From IMG/VR virus record IMGVR_UViG_2695420699_000019: DNA of 7,967 bases; one strand, given 5' to 3'. Made by a program: the position numbers and the translations under genes. The notes beneath the pieces were generated by a model. The model worked only from the letters and a program-made list of their open reading frames with translations. It was not told the DNA's origin and ran no database searches. Source of the DNA: a virus (lineage: Duplodnaviria > Heunggongvirae > Uroviricota > Caudoviricetes). This document shows, one piece after another, positions 1 to 6,884 of this stretch. Position 1 is the first letter of the stretch; the number at the start of each line of letters is the position of its first letter.

Positions 1-483
1 ATGACGAAGAAAAAAGCACATAAACCTGGTTCAGCGACCATCGCGCTTAACAAGCGCGCCCGTCACGAATACTTTATCGAAGAAGAGTTCGAAGCGGGAC
101 TTGCCCTGCAAGGCTGGGAGGTTAAATCCCTGCGCGCAGGAAAAGCCAATATCAGCGACAGCTACGTCCTTCTGCGTGACGGAGAGGCATTTCTGTTTGG
201 CGCTAACATCACGCCAATGGCCGTGGCCTCCACGCATGTGGTGTGCGATCCTACCCGTACCCGCAAGTTACTTCTCAACCAGCGCGAACTGGACTCATTG
301 TACGGTCGCGTCAATCGAGAAGGCTATACCGTAGTGGCGCTCTCCCTGTACTGGAAAAATGCCTGGTGCAAAGTGAAAATCGGCGTCGCCAAAGGTAAAA
401 AACAGCACGATAAACGTTCAGATATCAAAGAACGCGAATGGCAGGTGGATAAAGCACGTATCATGAAAAACGCCCACCGTTAA
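1..483 (+). CDS. smpB: SsrA-binding protein SmpB (160 aa)
   Basis: Complete ORF, ATG at 1 and TAA at 481-483. The translation ([25 protein letters not shown]...[10 protein letters not shown]) matches E. coli SmpB as I recall it, and it sits directly upstream of ssrA as in Enterobacteriaceae. The start may be the true start or the window may simply begin at the ATG. Confidence 0.97.
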
Positions 484-674
484 ACCTGCACTCCAATTAT
501 TGACCAGTTCCTCACCGCGCCTCCCTCTCCGGCGGCGCGAATCAACATCTTATTGGCTATCACATCCGACACAAATGTTGCCATCCCATTGCTTAATCGA
601 ATAAAAATCAGGCTACATGGGTGCTAAATCTTTAACGATAACGCCATTGAGGCTGGTCATGGCGCTCATAAATC

Positions 675-691
675 TGGTATACTTACCTTTA
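675..691 (+). promoter_or_regulatory. Probable ssrA promoter: extended -10 (TGgTATACT, 675-683), predicted transcription start near 691
   Basis: TG at 675-676, one spacer base, then TATACT at 678-683. This ends 7 nt before 691, consistent with a short 5' leader removed from pre-tmRNA by RNase P. No good -35 hexamer at 17-bp spacing, which fits an extended -10 promoter. Sequence-pattern call only. Confidence 0.45.
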
Positions 692-697
692 CACATT

Positions 698-1060
698 GGG
701 GCTGATTCTGGATTCGACGGGATTTGCGAAACCCAAGGTGCATGCCGAGGGGCGGTTGGCCTCGTAAAAAGCCGCAAAAAATAGTCGCAAACGACGAAAA
801 CTACGCTTTAGCAGCTTAATAACCTGCTTAGAGCCCTCTCTCCCTAGCCTCCGCTCTTAGGACGGGGATCAAGAGAGGTCAAACCCAAAAGAGATCGCGT
901 GGAAGCCCTGCCTGGGGTTGAAGCGTTAAAACTTAATCAGGCTAGTTTGTTAGTGGCGTGTCCGTCCGCAGCTGGCAAGCGAATGTAAAGACTGACTAAG
1001 CATGTAGTACCGAGGATGTAGGAATTTCGGACGCGGGTTCAACTCCCGCCAGCTCCACCA
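698..1060 (+). ncRNA. ssrA: tmRNA (transfer-messenger RNA, 10Sa RNA), 363 nt
   Basis: Starts GGGGCTGATTCTGGATTCGACGGG and ends GGGTTCAACTCCCGCCAGCTCCACCA (tRNA-Ala-like acceptor/T-arm with encoded CCA). Contains the internal tag reading frame. Length and sequence match E. coli ssrA as I recall it. Confidence 0.97.
787..819 (+). other. tmRNA mRNA-like domain: tag-peptide reading frame ANDENYALAA followed by TAA (a second in-frame TAA at 820-822)
   Basis: GCA AAC GAC GAA AAC TAC GCT TTA GCA GCT TAA read directly from the sequence; this is the canonical E. coli proteolysis tag (the first Ala comes from the charged tmRNA). Confidence 0.9.
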
Positions 1061-1189
1061 ATCATGATTGGACGGTGTAAGGACAACACCAACAAAAACA
1101 GGAAGTTAGCAGTCTCAGCAGGACACCGACCAGACGGTGAGGAGACAAAAAAGGATACGCAAAGGAGCCGCGGCTCTCAAGTGTGAAAG

Positions 1190-1217
1190 AAGCCCGCAAA
1201 TTGCGGGCTTTTTTATT
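1190..1217 (+). terminator. Rho-independent terminator-like hairpin downstream of ssrA
   Basis: Perfect GC-rich inverted repeat GCCCGC (1192-1197) / GCGGGC (1203-1208) with loop AAATT, followed by TTTTTTATT (1209-1217). It lies about 130 nt past the mature tmRNA 3' end. It may terminate the ssrA precursor or insulate the downstream cargo operon. Confidence 0.5.
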
Positions 1218-1269
1218 GATCAGTCAACAATAAACAGTAACCGAATGAGAATTTAATAAGGATATTCAT

Positions 1270-2301
1270 ATGGAAGCTACTGTGGATTCGATTGATTTTC
1301 TGATCCGTAGTGAAGATGATTTTCTAAACTTTCTGGAAGAAATGAAAGCCCGAGAGGGGCTTGATTCTAAAGAGTTTATTTTCCCTAACGTAAAGTTTGC
1401 AGGCTGGCCATCCTTAGACATAAATGTAAAAGGAGAGCGGTATCATTCATCAATTACATCAGCAATGTTGTTTGGTATGTCAATGCTCAACGAGGAGATA
1501 CAGCGGGCGTTTGCAACCATACGATACGGATCGCAGAATCTTCAACGCTTGACTAATGAAGACAAGCAACGACTTGATATAAATTTTAAAATTAGCGAAG
1601 GTTCTAGTGATGCGGAAGGCACCACTGACAAGATCATCAACGCAGTAACTGATTTTTTGCGAGATACTATGTCTGGACTGAACGGCTGGCAGAAAATGCT
1701 TGTTATAATCACAATGGTTGGCGCGGCCAGCACATGTGGTTATCACTACATTTCAGAAAATGCCGTAACAGAAAGACATGCAACTGATCGGCAGGTTGAA
1801 ATTGCAAAAACCACATCCGATGGCATAAACAAAGCCATAGAAGCAACATTAGATTATAAAATCTATGGGAAATCAGCGATTAGCGATAAAGTTACTAGTC
1901 ACGGACAAGCAGGTAAAAGTGCTTTAGTGAAGCAATTAGCTGCTGATCCTACTGTCGAAACCGTGACTTTAGGAAATGAGAAACTAACACGACAAGACCT
2001 AAATACCTACAACAGCCGACAATCTGTAGATAGAGAACGTAAAGAACGAACTGATATATTTTCCATCAAAGGTGTAACCAGAACAGGGCCAACAAATCAG
2101 GATATTAATATTAACGTTGTTAGGGTCTCTAATGACGAATGCTTCACAATCAAAGCTTCAGCTGATGTTATCACCCAAGATGAGTTGACAGCTATTGTTG
2201 ACGCTTTGTCAAACAACTCTCATATTAAAATCAGTTACTTAGAGGTAATTGAAAAGGGTGCTGTTTCTATAGGTCAGTTCAACACTATTGTTTCAGAATA
2301 A
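1270..2301 (+). CDS. Hypothetical protein, 343 aa, no family recognised
   Basis: Long ORF with a good RBS (AAGGA at 1258-1262, 7 nt before the ATG). Strongly acidic N-terminus (MEATVDSIDFLIRSEDDFLNFLEEM). One hydrophobic stretch (WQKMLVIITMVGAASTCGY, about residues 140-158) that could be a single transmembrane helix or buried core. No Walker A or other catalytic motif recognised. AT-rich relative to smpB. Confidence 0.8.
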   Translation: MEATVDSIDFLIRSEDDFLNFLEEMKAREGLDSKEFIFPNVKFAGWPSLDINVKGERYHSSITSAMLFGMSMLNEEIQRAFATIRYGSQNLQRLTNEDKQRLDINFKISEGSSDAEGTTDKIINAVTDFLRDTMSGLNGWQKMLVIITMVGAASTCGYHYISENAVTERHATDRQVEIAKTTSDGINKAIEATLDYKIYGKSAISDKVTSHGQAGKSALVKQLAADPTVETVTLGNEKLTRQDLNTYNSRQSVDRERKERTDIFSIKGVTRTGPTNQDININVVRVSNDECFTIKASADVITQDELTAIVDALSNNSHIKISYLEVIEKGAVSIGQFNTIVSE

Positions 2302-2352
2302 TCACTTAACCCCATTTATGTCGGTTGAGGTTATAAGTCACGGAGACCAGAT

Positions 2353-2697
2353 ATGTCCTTAAAGTATGCACATGAAAAATTTCATACTGCAGTACTTACT
2401 CTTGCGGGCCATGGAAGTATTCAAGAACGCTTGATTAATTCGTATGTTTTTAGCCTTGGGCATCTTAAAACAGCCGATGATATTCCAAATGCCTTACAAA
2501 GCAGGTTCGATGAATTATGTAAGGAACTGACTAAGTTTGATGCCACTGGCGATGAGGGGCGAGTTCAAGCAACAGTATCAAAACTTAACGATTTCGAGAT
2601 CAATAAACTGATCGAAGATATTGTCAGTCTTAACGATGATATTTGCATGAAATTGGCTCTGACGGATGAGACTTACCAAGACATACACCAAAGTTAA
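2353..2697 (+). CDS. Hypothetical small acidic protein, 114 aa, no family recognised
   Basis: ORF 51 bp downstream of the 343-aa ORF on the same strand, so probably an operon. RBS GGAG at 2342-2345, 7 nt before the ATG. Net acidic by my residue count (about 19 D/E versus about 10 K/R); looks helical. Followed by a terminator hairpin. Confidence 0.7.
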   Translation: MSLKYAHEKFHTAVLTLAGHGSIQERLINSYVFSLGHLKTADDIPNALQSRFDELCKELTKFDATGDEGRVQATVSKLNDFEINKLIEDIVSLNDDICMKLALTDETYQDIHQS

Positions 2698-2724
2698 TTG
2701 ATTAAATTCAAAAAGTTAACGTTC

Positions 2725-2756
2725 AACCAGCCAGTTTTTGGCTGGTTTATTGTCTT
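2725..2756. terminator. Probable bidirectional intrinsic terminator between convergent genes
   Basis: Perfect 8-bp stem AACCAGCC (2725-2732) / GGCTGGTT (2740-2747) with loop AGTTTTT, then a T-rich tract on the plus strand (TATTGTCTT); on the minus strand a TTTTT run follows a few nt after the stem. Lies between the stop of the 114-aa gene (2697) and the stop of the minus-strand 70-aa gene (2782). Confidence 0.45.
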
Positions 2757-2781
2757 ATAATATTCTTGCTCGAATGATGCA

Positions 2782-2994
2782 CTATTTATGATGTAATCCG
2801 GACATCAGTTCATGGACAAGATTATCTCTTTCATTGTGTTGCAACCGTAAATGCATAGCAAAAAGGTGAGCACTATCCTCATTCCTCTTCAAGCCATGCT
2901 GTTCAAGATACCCGAAAAAACGGCTTCTCTTATCCGCTATTTCCTGAGTCTGACGTGCAACATTTACCAAATTTTCTAGCGTTTTTCTTGGCAT
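2782..2994 (-). CDS. Hypothetical small protein, 70 aa, no family recognised
   Basis: Minus-strand ORF with a near-consensus RBS (AGGAGG, 7 nt before the ATG; plus-strand complement CCTCCT at about 3002-3007). MPRKTLENLVNVARQTQEIADKRSRFFGYLEQHGLKRNEDSAHLF..., no Cys, basic N-terminus. Lies immediately downstream of the invertase on the same strand. Confidence 0.65.
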   Translation of the reverse strand: MPRKTLENLVNVARQTQEIADKRSRFFGYLEQHGLKRNEDSAHLFAMHLRLQHNERDNLVHELMSGLHHK

Positions 2995-3035
2995 ACTATT
3001 TCCTCCTGAAATTGTTGTAATTCACTAGGATATTC

Positions 3036-3062
3036 ATTTTAATTTGTATCATTTAGTACCAA
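3036..3062 (-). promoter_or_regulatory. Possible sigma70 promoter for the 70-aa gene (TTGGTA - 15 bp - TAAAAT on the minus strand)
   Basis: Minus-strand reading: -35 TTGGTA (complement of 3057-3062), 15-bp spacer, -10 TAAAAT (complement of 3036-3041), about 40 nt upstream of the start codon. Pattern match only; the spacer is short. Confidence 0.2.
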
Positions 3063-3192
3063 AACCGCTATCAATTAACAAAGCCATCGTTGTGGTTTAC
3101 CTTGCAGCCGTTTTTTGTCATTGACTCTATGTGAAAATAATGAATCATCATGAGATTGGCTCACACGTTCTTGAATTCGACGAGCTGTGTCT

Positions 3193-3747
3193 TTATTTAT
3201 CTCCTGCCGGAAACCTCTGATACAAAGTCGATACGCCAACATCATAGATAATCGCAACTTTCTGGCGCGGAACTCCTGATGCAATTAATCGTCCGGCTTG
3301 TGCCCATTGTTCTGGTGTAAGTTTGGGACGACGTCCACCAATTCGTCCCTGTGCGCGAGCAGCTTCCAGTCCAGCTTTTGTTCGTTCAACAATCAGTTCT
3401 CGTTCCATTTCAGCCAGGGCCCCCATCACATGAAAGAAAAAGCGCCCCATTGGGGTACTGGTATCAATTGAATCCGTCAGACTACGAAAGTTGATGCCTC
3501 GTTCGCGCAACTCCTCCACCAGCACGACAAGATGCCGCATACTGCGCCCCAGTCGGTCCAGTTTCCAGACCACCAGCGTATCGCCTGCCGATAATGTCCT
3601 GAGCAGTTTTTTCAGTCCCGGCCTTTCGGACTTTGTACCGCTTATCTTGTCTTCAAAAATCAGCTCACATCCTGCACAGTTCAGCGCATTACGTTGTAGA
3701 TCTGTGTTCTGGTCATTTGTTGATACGCGTACATAGCCAATAAGCAT
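3193..3747 (-). CDS. Serine-recombinase DNA invertase, Gin/Pin/Cin/Hin (Din) family, 184 aa
   Basis: Translation from the Met at 3747: MLIGYVRVSTNDQNTDLQRNAL...DTLVVWKLDRLGRSMRHL...GRFFFHVMGALAEMERELIVERT...GRIGGRRPKLT...YDVGVSTLYQRF. Contains the catalytic-serine motif YVRVSTNDQ and a C-terminal HTH region, and is close to e14 Pin/Mu Gin as I recall them. RBS GGGGGA 6 nt before this ATG. The ORF track's longer start (3783, MASFLLLSGGST...) is probably not used. Confidence 0.93.
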   Translation of the reverse strand: MLIGYVRVSTNDQNTDLQRNALNCAGCELIFEDKISGTKSERPGLKKLLRTLSAGDTLVVWKLDRLGRSMRHLVVLVEELRERGINFRSLTDSIDTSTPMGRFFFHVMGALAEMERELIVERTKAGLEAARAQGRIGGRRPKLTPEQWAQAGRLIASGVPRQKVAIIYDVGVSTLYQRFPAGDK

Positions 3748-3801
3748 GGTAGATCCCCCTGACAAAAGCAGGAATGATGCCATTTGCTCGTTATTTCTGC
3801 A

Positions 3802-3827
3802 TTTTCATAAACGTTGGTTTGGGAGAA
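3802..3827 (+). other. Din-type 26-bp recombination crossover site (site a): TTTTCATAAACG-TT-GGTTTGGGAGAA
   Basis: Two imperfectly symmetric 12-bp half-sites around a central TT; resembles hix/gix sites (hixL as I recall: TTCTTGAAAACC-AA-GGTTTTTGATAA). Lies 55 bp upstream of the invertase start, as in Mu gin/gixR. The right half-site encodes the conserved GLGE junction of the tail-fibre cassettes. Confidence 0.6.
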
Positions 3828-4040
3828 GCGGCAAAACGGAATGTGGGCAACGGGGAAAACCAAATCCCTGATATGTCTTTCTGGACGGTTACTGGTGGCA
3901 ATGGAAATTTTGTGATTCGTCAACCTGACGGGCTAATCACTCAGATGGTTACTGTAAGTATAAGTGGTCCAGTGGCGATGAATGGAATGACTGATAATGC
4001 TTATGCCATTACAGGTTCTAATAAGTCTTATATTGCCACA
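3828..4040 (+). pseudogene. Fragment of a tail-fibre variable cassette (first 71 codons only), identical to the start of the cassette at 5998-6210
   Basis: Region 3814-4040 is an exact copy of 5984-6210 (encodes [71 protein letters not shown]). It stops abruptly at 4040, where sequence from inside the invertase gene begins. Confidence 0.6.
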
Positions 4041-4367
4041 ACCCATCACATGAAAGAAAAAGCGCCCCATTGGGGTACTGGTATCAATTGAATCCGTCAG
4101 ACTACGAAAGTTGATGCCTCGTTCGCGCAACTCCTCCACCAGCACGACAAGATGCCGCATACTGCGCCCCAGTCGGTCCAGTTTCCAGACCACCAGCGTA
4201 TCGCCTGCCGATAATGTCCTGAGCAGTTTTTTCAGTCCCGGCCTTTCGGACTTTGTACCGCTTATCTTGTCTTCAAAAATCAGCTCGCATCCTGCACAGT
4301 TCAGCGCATTACGTTGTAGATCTGTGTTCTGGTCATTTGTTGACACACGTACATAGCCAATAAGCAT
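4041..4367 (-). pseudogene. Truncated second copy of the DNA invertase (N-terminal 109 codons only)
   Basis: 4042-4458 repeats 3422-3838 with 4 substitutions. It encodes MLIGYVRVSTNDQ...GRFFFHVMG, then runs into unrelated antisense tail-fibre sequence (CGNIRLIRT...). Lacks the C-terminal part of the invertase including the DNA-binding HTH. Confidence 0.85.
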
Positions 4368-4421
4368 GGTAGATCTCCCTGACAAAAGCAGGAATGATGC
4401 CATTTGCTCGTTATTTCTGCA

Positions 4422-4447
4422 TTTTCATAAACGTTGGTTTGGGAGAA
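4422..4447 (+). other. Din-type crossover site (site b), same sequence and orientation as site a
   Basis: Part of the duplicated unit, 620 bp offset from site a: TTTTCATAAACG-TT-GGTTTGGGAGAA. Confidence 0.6.
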
Positions 4448-4807
4448 GCGGCAAAACGGGATGTAGGGACAGGGGAAAATCAGATACCGGACATGGCCTC
4501 TTTTGCCAGTGGTGATGGATGGATGAAATTACCCAACGGTAAAATTCTGCAATATGGTCGAGGCGAGGCTATGCCGAAATTATCGACGCAAACAATGAGG
4601 ATTACATTTCCTATCCCTTTCCCTAAAAAAGCGGACTGCGCCATTCTTACCCATTCTGGTGATGGCGGTGCGCCTTTAGGCGCTGGGCGAGGGTTCGTGA
4701 TGACTGCAGAAGGCCCTACGTTAACCGGCTTTAATTCTGCTTACAGAACGTCATCAACCAGTGACACGGTATCTATGCATTACAGTTGGTGGGCTGTTGG
4801 TGAGTAA
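4448..4807 (+). CDS. Tail-fibre C-terminal variable cassette B (silent; no constant 5' part attached)
   Basis: In frame with the GLGE junction of site b: ...[54 protein letters not shown]...HYSWWAVGE, TAA at 4805-4807. Same N-terminal junction motif as the other cassettes but a different C-terminal (receptor-binding) sequence. The upstream ATG at 4394 has poor RBS context and lies antisense to the invertase copy. Confidence 0.65.
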   Translation, partial: AAKRDVGTGENQIPDMASFASGDGWMKLPNGKILQYGRGEAMPKLSTQTMRITFPIPFPKKADCAILTHSGDGGAPLGAGRGFVMTAEGPTLTGFNSAYRTSSTSDTVSMHYSWWAVGE

Positions 4808-4827
4808 TTTTATTCAGGGTGATTTAT

Positions 4828-5688
<861 letters not shown>

Positions 5689-5694
5689 TAATCC

Positions 5695-6438
5695 ATGCAT
5701 CGTATAGACACGAAAACCGCGCAGAAGGATAAGTTCGGCGCGGGTAAGAACGGTTTTACCCGTGGTAACCCCCAGACCGGCACACCTGCCACCGATCTGG
5801 ATGATGACTACTTTGACATGTTGCAGGAAGAACTCTGCAGCGTGGTGGAGGCATCCGGTGCCAGCCTGGAGAAGGGGCGGCATGACCAGCTGCTTACCGC
5901 GCTTCGTGCGCTGCTGTTAAGCCGCAAGAATCCGTTTGGCGATATCAAATCTGATGGCACGGTGAAAACGGCTCTCGAAAACCTTGGTTTGGGAGAAGCG
6001 GCAAAACGGAATGTGGGCAACGGGGAAAACCAAATCCCTGATATGTCTTTCTGGACGGTTACTGGTGGCAATGGAAATTTTGTGATTCGTCAACCTGACG
6101 GGCTAATCACTCAGATGGTTACTGTAAGTATAAGTGGTCCAGTGGCGATGAATGGAATGACTGATAATGCTTATGCCATTACAGGTTCTAATAAGTCTTA
6201 TATTGCCACAGCCACATTGCCCTTTGTATTTCCTAATAAGGTACTGGGCGTTATCCCTCTGGTATCAACAACAGCCTATGGTGGTGTATCCAGTAATATT
6301 ACAGGTTCATACGCGACGGCGGTTTGTTCTTTTGCCGCTGTCCGGGGGAATAATACGATTGTATTCAAAGTCGACAAACCACTGAATGCAGCCTTTCCTT
6401 CAGATACCAGCGTCTCAGCGTTAATCATTGGACGGTAA
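5695..6438 (+). CDS. Short side-tail-fibre protein (247 aa): constant N-terminal part fused through crossover site c to variable cassette C (the expressed cassette in this orientation)
   Basis: ATG at 5695 with RBS GGAG 6 nt upstream. N-terminal 97 aa ([21 protein letters not shown]...[10 protein letters not shown]), then the variable part ([19 protein letters not shown]...SALIIGR). The junction motif L-G-L-G-E resembles the constant/variable junction of lambda Stf and Mu S; size and context resemble e14 StfP (from memory). Confidence 0.8.
   Translation: MHRIDTKTAQKDKFGAGKNGFTRGNPQTGTPATDLDDDYFDMLQEELCSVVEASGASLEKGRHDQLLTALRALLLSRKNPFGDIKSDGTVKTALENLGLGEAAKRNVGNGENQIPDMSFWTVTGGNGNFVIRQPDGLITQMVTVSISGPVAMNGMTDNAYAITGSNKSYIATATLPFVFPNKVLGVIPLVSTTAYGGVSSNITGSYATAVCSFAAVRGNNTIVFKVDKPLNAAFPSDTSVSALIIGR
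5972..5997 (+). other. Din-type crossover site (site c): CTCTCGAAAACC-TT-GGTTTGGGAGAA, inside the tail-fibre gene at the constant/variable junction
   Basis: Right half-site and centre identical to sites a and b; the left half-site differs and resembles the hixL left half (TTCTTGAAAACC, from memory). It sits where constant and variable tail-fibre parts are joined, as gixL does in Mu. Confidence 0.65.
5984..6210 (+). repeat. Exact 227-bp direct repeat, partner at 3814-4040
   Basis: Manual comparison shows identical sequence across the right half of the crossover site and the first 71 codons of cassette C. Confidence 0.85.
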
Positions 6439-6440
6439 TA

Positions 6441-6884
6441 ATGAACTCAGTATTCTTTTCACCCGGAAGTAAAAGTTTTTATCTACAAGAATTGTTTCCA
6501 GAATATGAGGATGCGGGAACGCTTCCAGATGATGTTATTGAAATTACCCGAGAAACATATGAGCAATTTCTTGGGCTGCATCCAGAAGGGAAAGAAATTG
6601 GCGCTGACAGTTCAGGACGGCCAATATGGATTAATTCCCCACCGCCTTCAAAAGAGGATGAGGTGTTGATGGCTGAAATGAAAAAAATATCTTTGGTTTC
6701 AGAAGCCAATACCTACATCAATACCCATCAGTGGCCTGGCAAAGCTGCTATTGGTCGTCTGAAAGGTAACGAGCTGGAGCAATATAATTTATGGCTGGAT
6801 TATCTGGACGCACTGGAACTGGTTGATCCCTCCAGTGCTCCAGATATTGAATGGCCTACGCCTCCGGCAGTTCAGGCCAGATGA
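6441..6884 (+). CDS. Tail-fibre assembly protein (Tfa), cassette C partner, 147 aa
   Basis: Starts 2 nt after the tail-fibre stop (TAATAATG). Ends ...[31 protein letters not shown], typical of lambda Tfa / Mu U chaperones. Confidence 0.8.
   Translation: MNSVFFSPGSKSFYLQELFPEYEDAGTLPDDVIEITRETYEQFLGLHPEGKEIGADSSGRPIWINSPPPSKEDEVLMAEMKKISLVSEANTYINTHQWPGKAAIGRLKGNELEQYNLWLDYLDALELVDPSSAPDIEWPTPPAVQAR

Larger units (their letters stand above)
3422..4458. repeat. Tandem direct repeat of a unit about 620 bp long (3422-3838 and 4042-4458, then diverging)
   Basis: By my base-by-base comparison the copies differ at four positions: three synonymous changes inside the invertase coding part (about 3667/4287, 3724/4344, 3727/4347) and one in the upstream leader (3756/4376). 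After about 3839/4459 the two cassettes are related but clearly different. Confidence 0.85.

Noticed and set aside
31-334. ORFs inside smpB on other frames (31-237 minus strand, 101-334 plus strand).
   Set aside because: Fully overlapped by the well-conserved smpB reading frame.
698-1060. Separate tRNA gene call for the tRNA-like acceptor/T-arm at the ssrA ends.
   Set aside because: This is the tRNA-like domain of tmRNA, not an independent tRNA; no free tRNA gene is present in the window.
1273-1296. The first codons of the 343-aa ORF (ATVDSID) recur at 5566-5586, immediately after the IS3 orfA frameshift site, with all three nucleotide differences at codon third positions.
   Set aside because: Only about 21 nt long; a match of this quality is expected roughly once by chance among all position pairs in an 8-kb window by my estimate, and part of it overlaps codons that belong to the IS orfA homology. 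No similarity extends beyond it. Not treated as evidence of relatedness, though a nucleotide dot-plot would settle it.
1480-1746. Minus-strand ORFs inside the 343-aa gene (1480-1746, 1542-1733).
   Set aside because: Antisense to the longer ORF, which has the good RBS; no start-context support.
3075-3284. Minus-strand 69-aa ORF overlapping the 3' end of the invertase.
   Set aside because: Overlaps the invertase coding region in another frame, has no convincing RBS, and its translation has no protein-like features.
3491-3736. Plus-strand 81-aa ORFs antisense to the invertase (3491-3736, and its duplicate at 4111-4356).
   Set aside because: Serine/arginine-rich low-complexity translation lying entirely inside a well-supported invertase gene on the other strand, with no RBS; a typical antisense artefact.
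3748-3783. Longer invertase start at 3783 (MASFLLLSGGST...) as given in the ORF track, and the equivalent at 4403.
   Set aside because: Din-family invertases begin MLIGYVRVS..., and a usable RBS precedes the ATG at 3747. The extension would also run through the region just upstream of the crossover site.
3774-4091. ORFs 3774-4091 and 4394-4807 taken as independent genes starting at MMPFARYF...
   Set aside because: The upstream ATGs lie in the invertase promoter region with poor RBS context. The meaningful coding part starts at the GLGE junction of the crossover site and is designed to be fused to a constant tail-fibre part. Annotated instead as a cassette fragment and a silent cassette.
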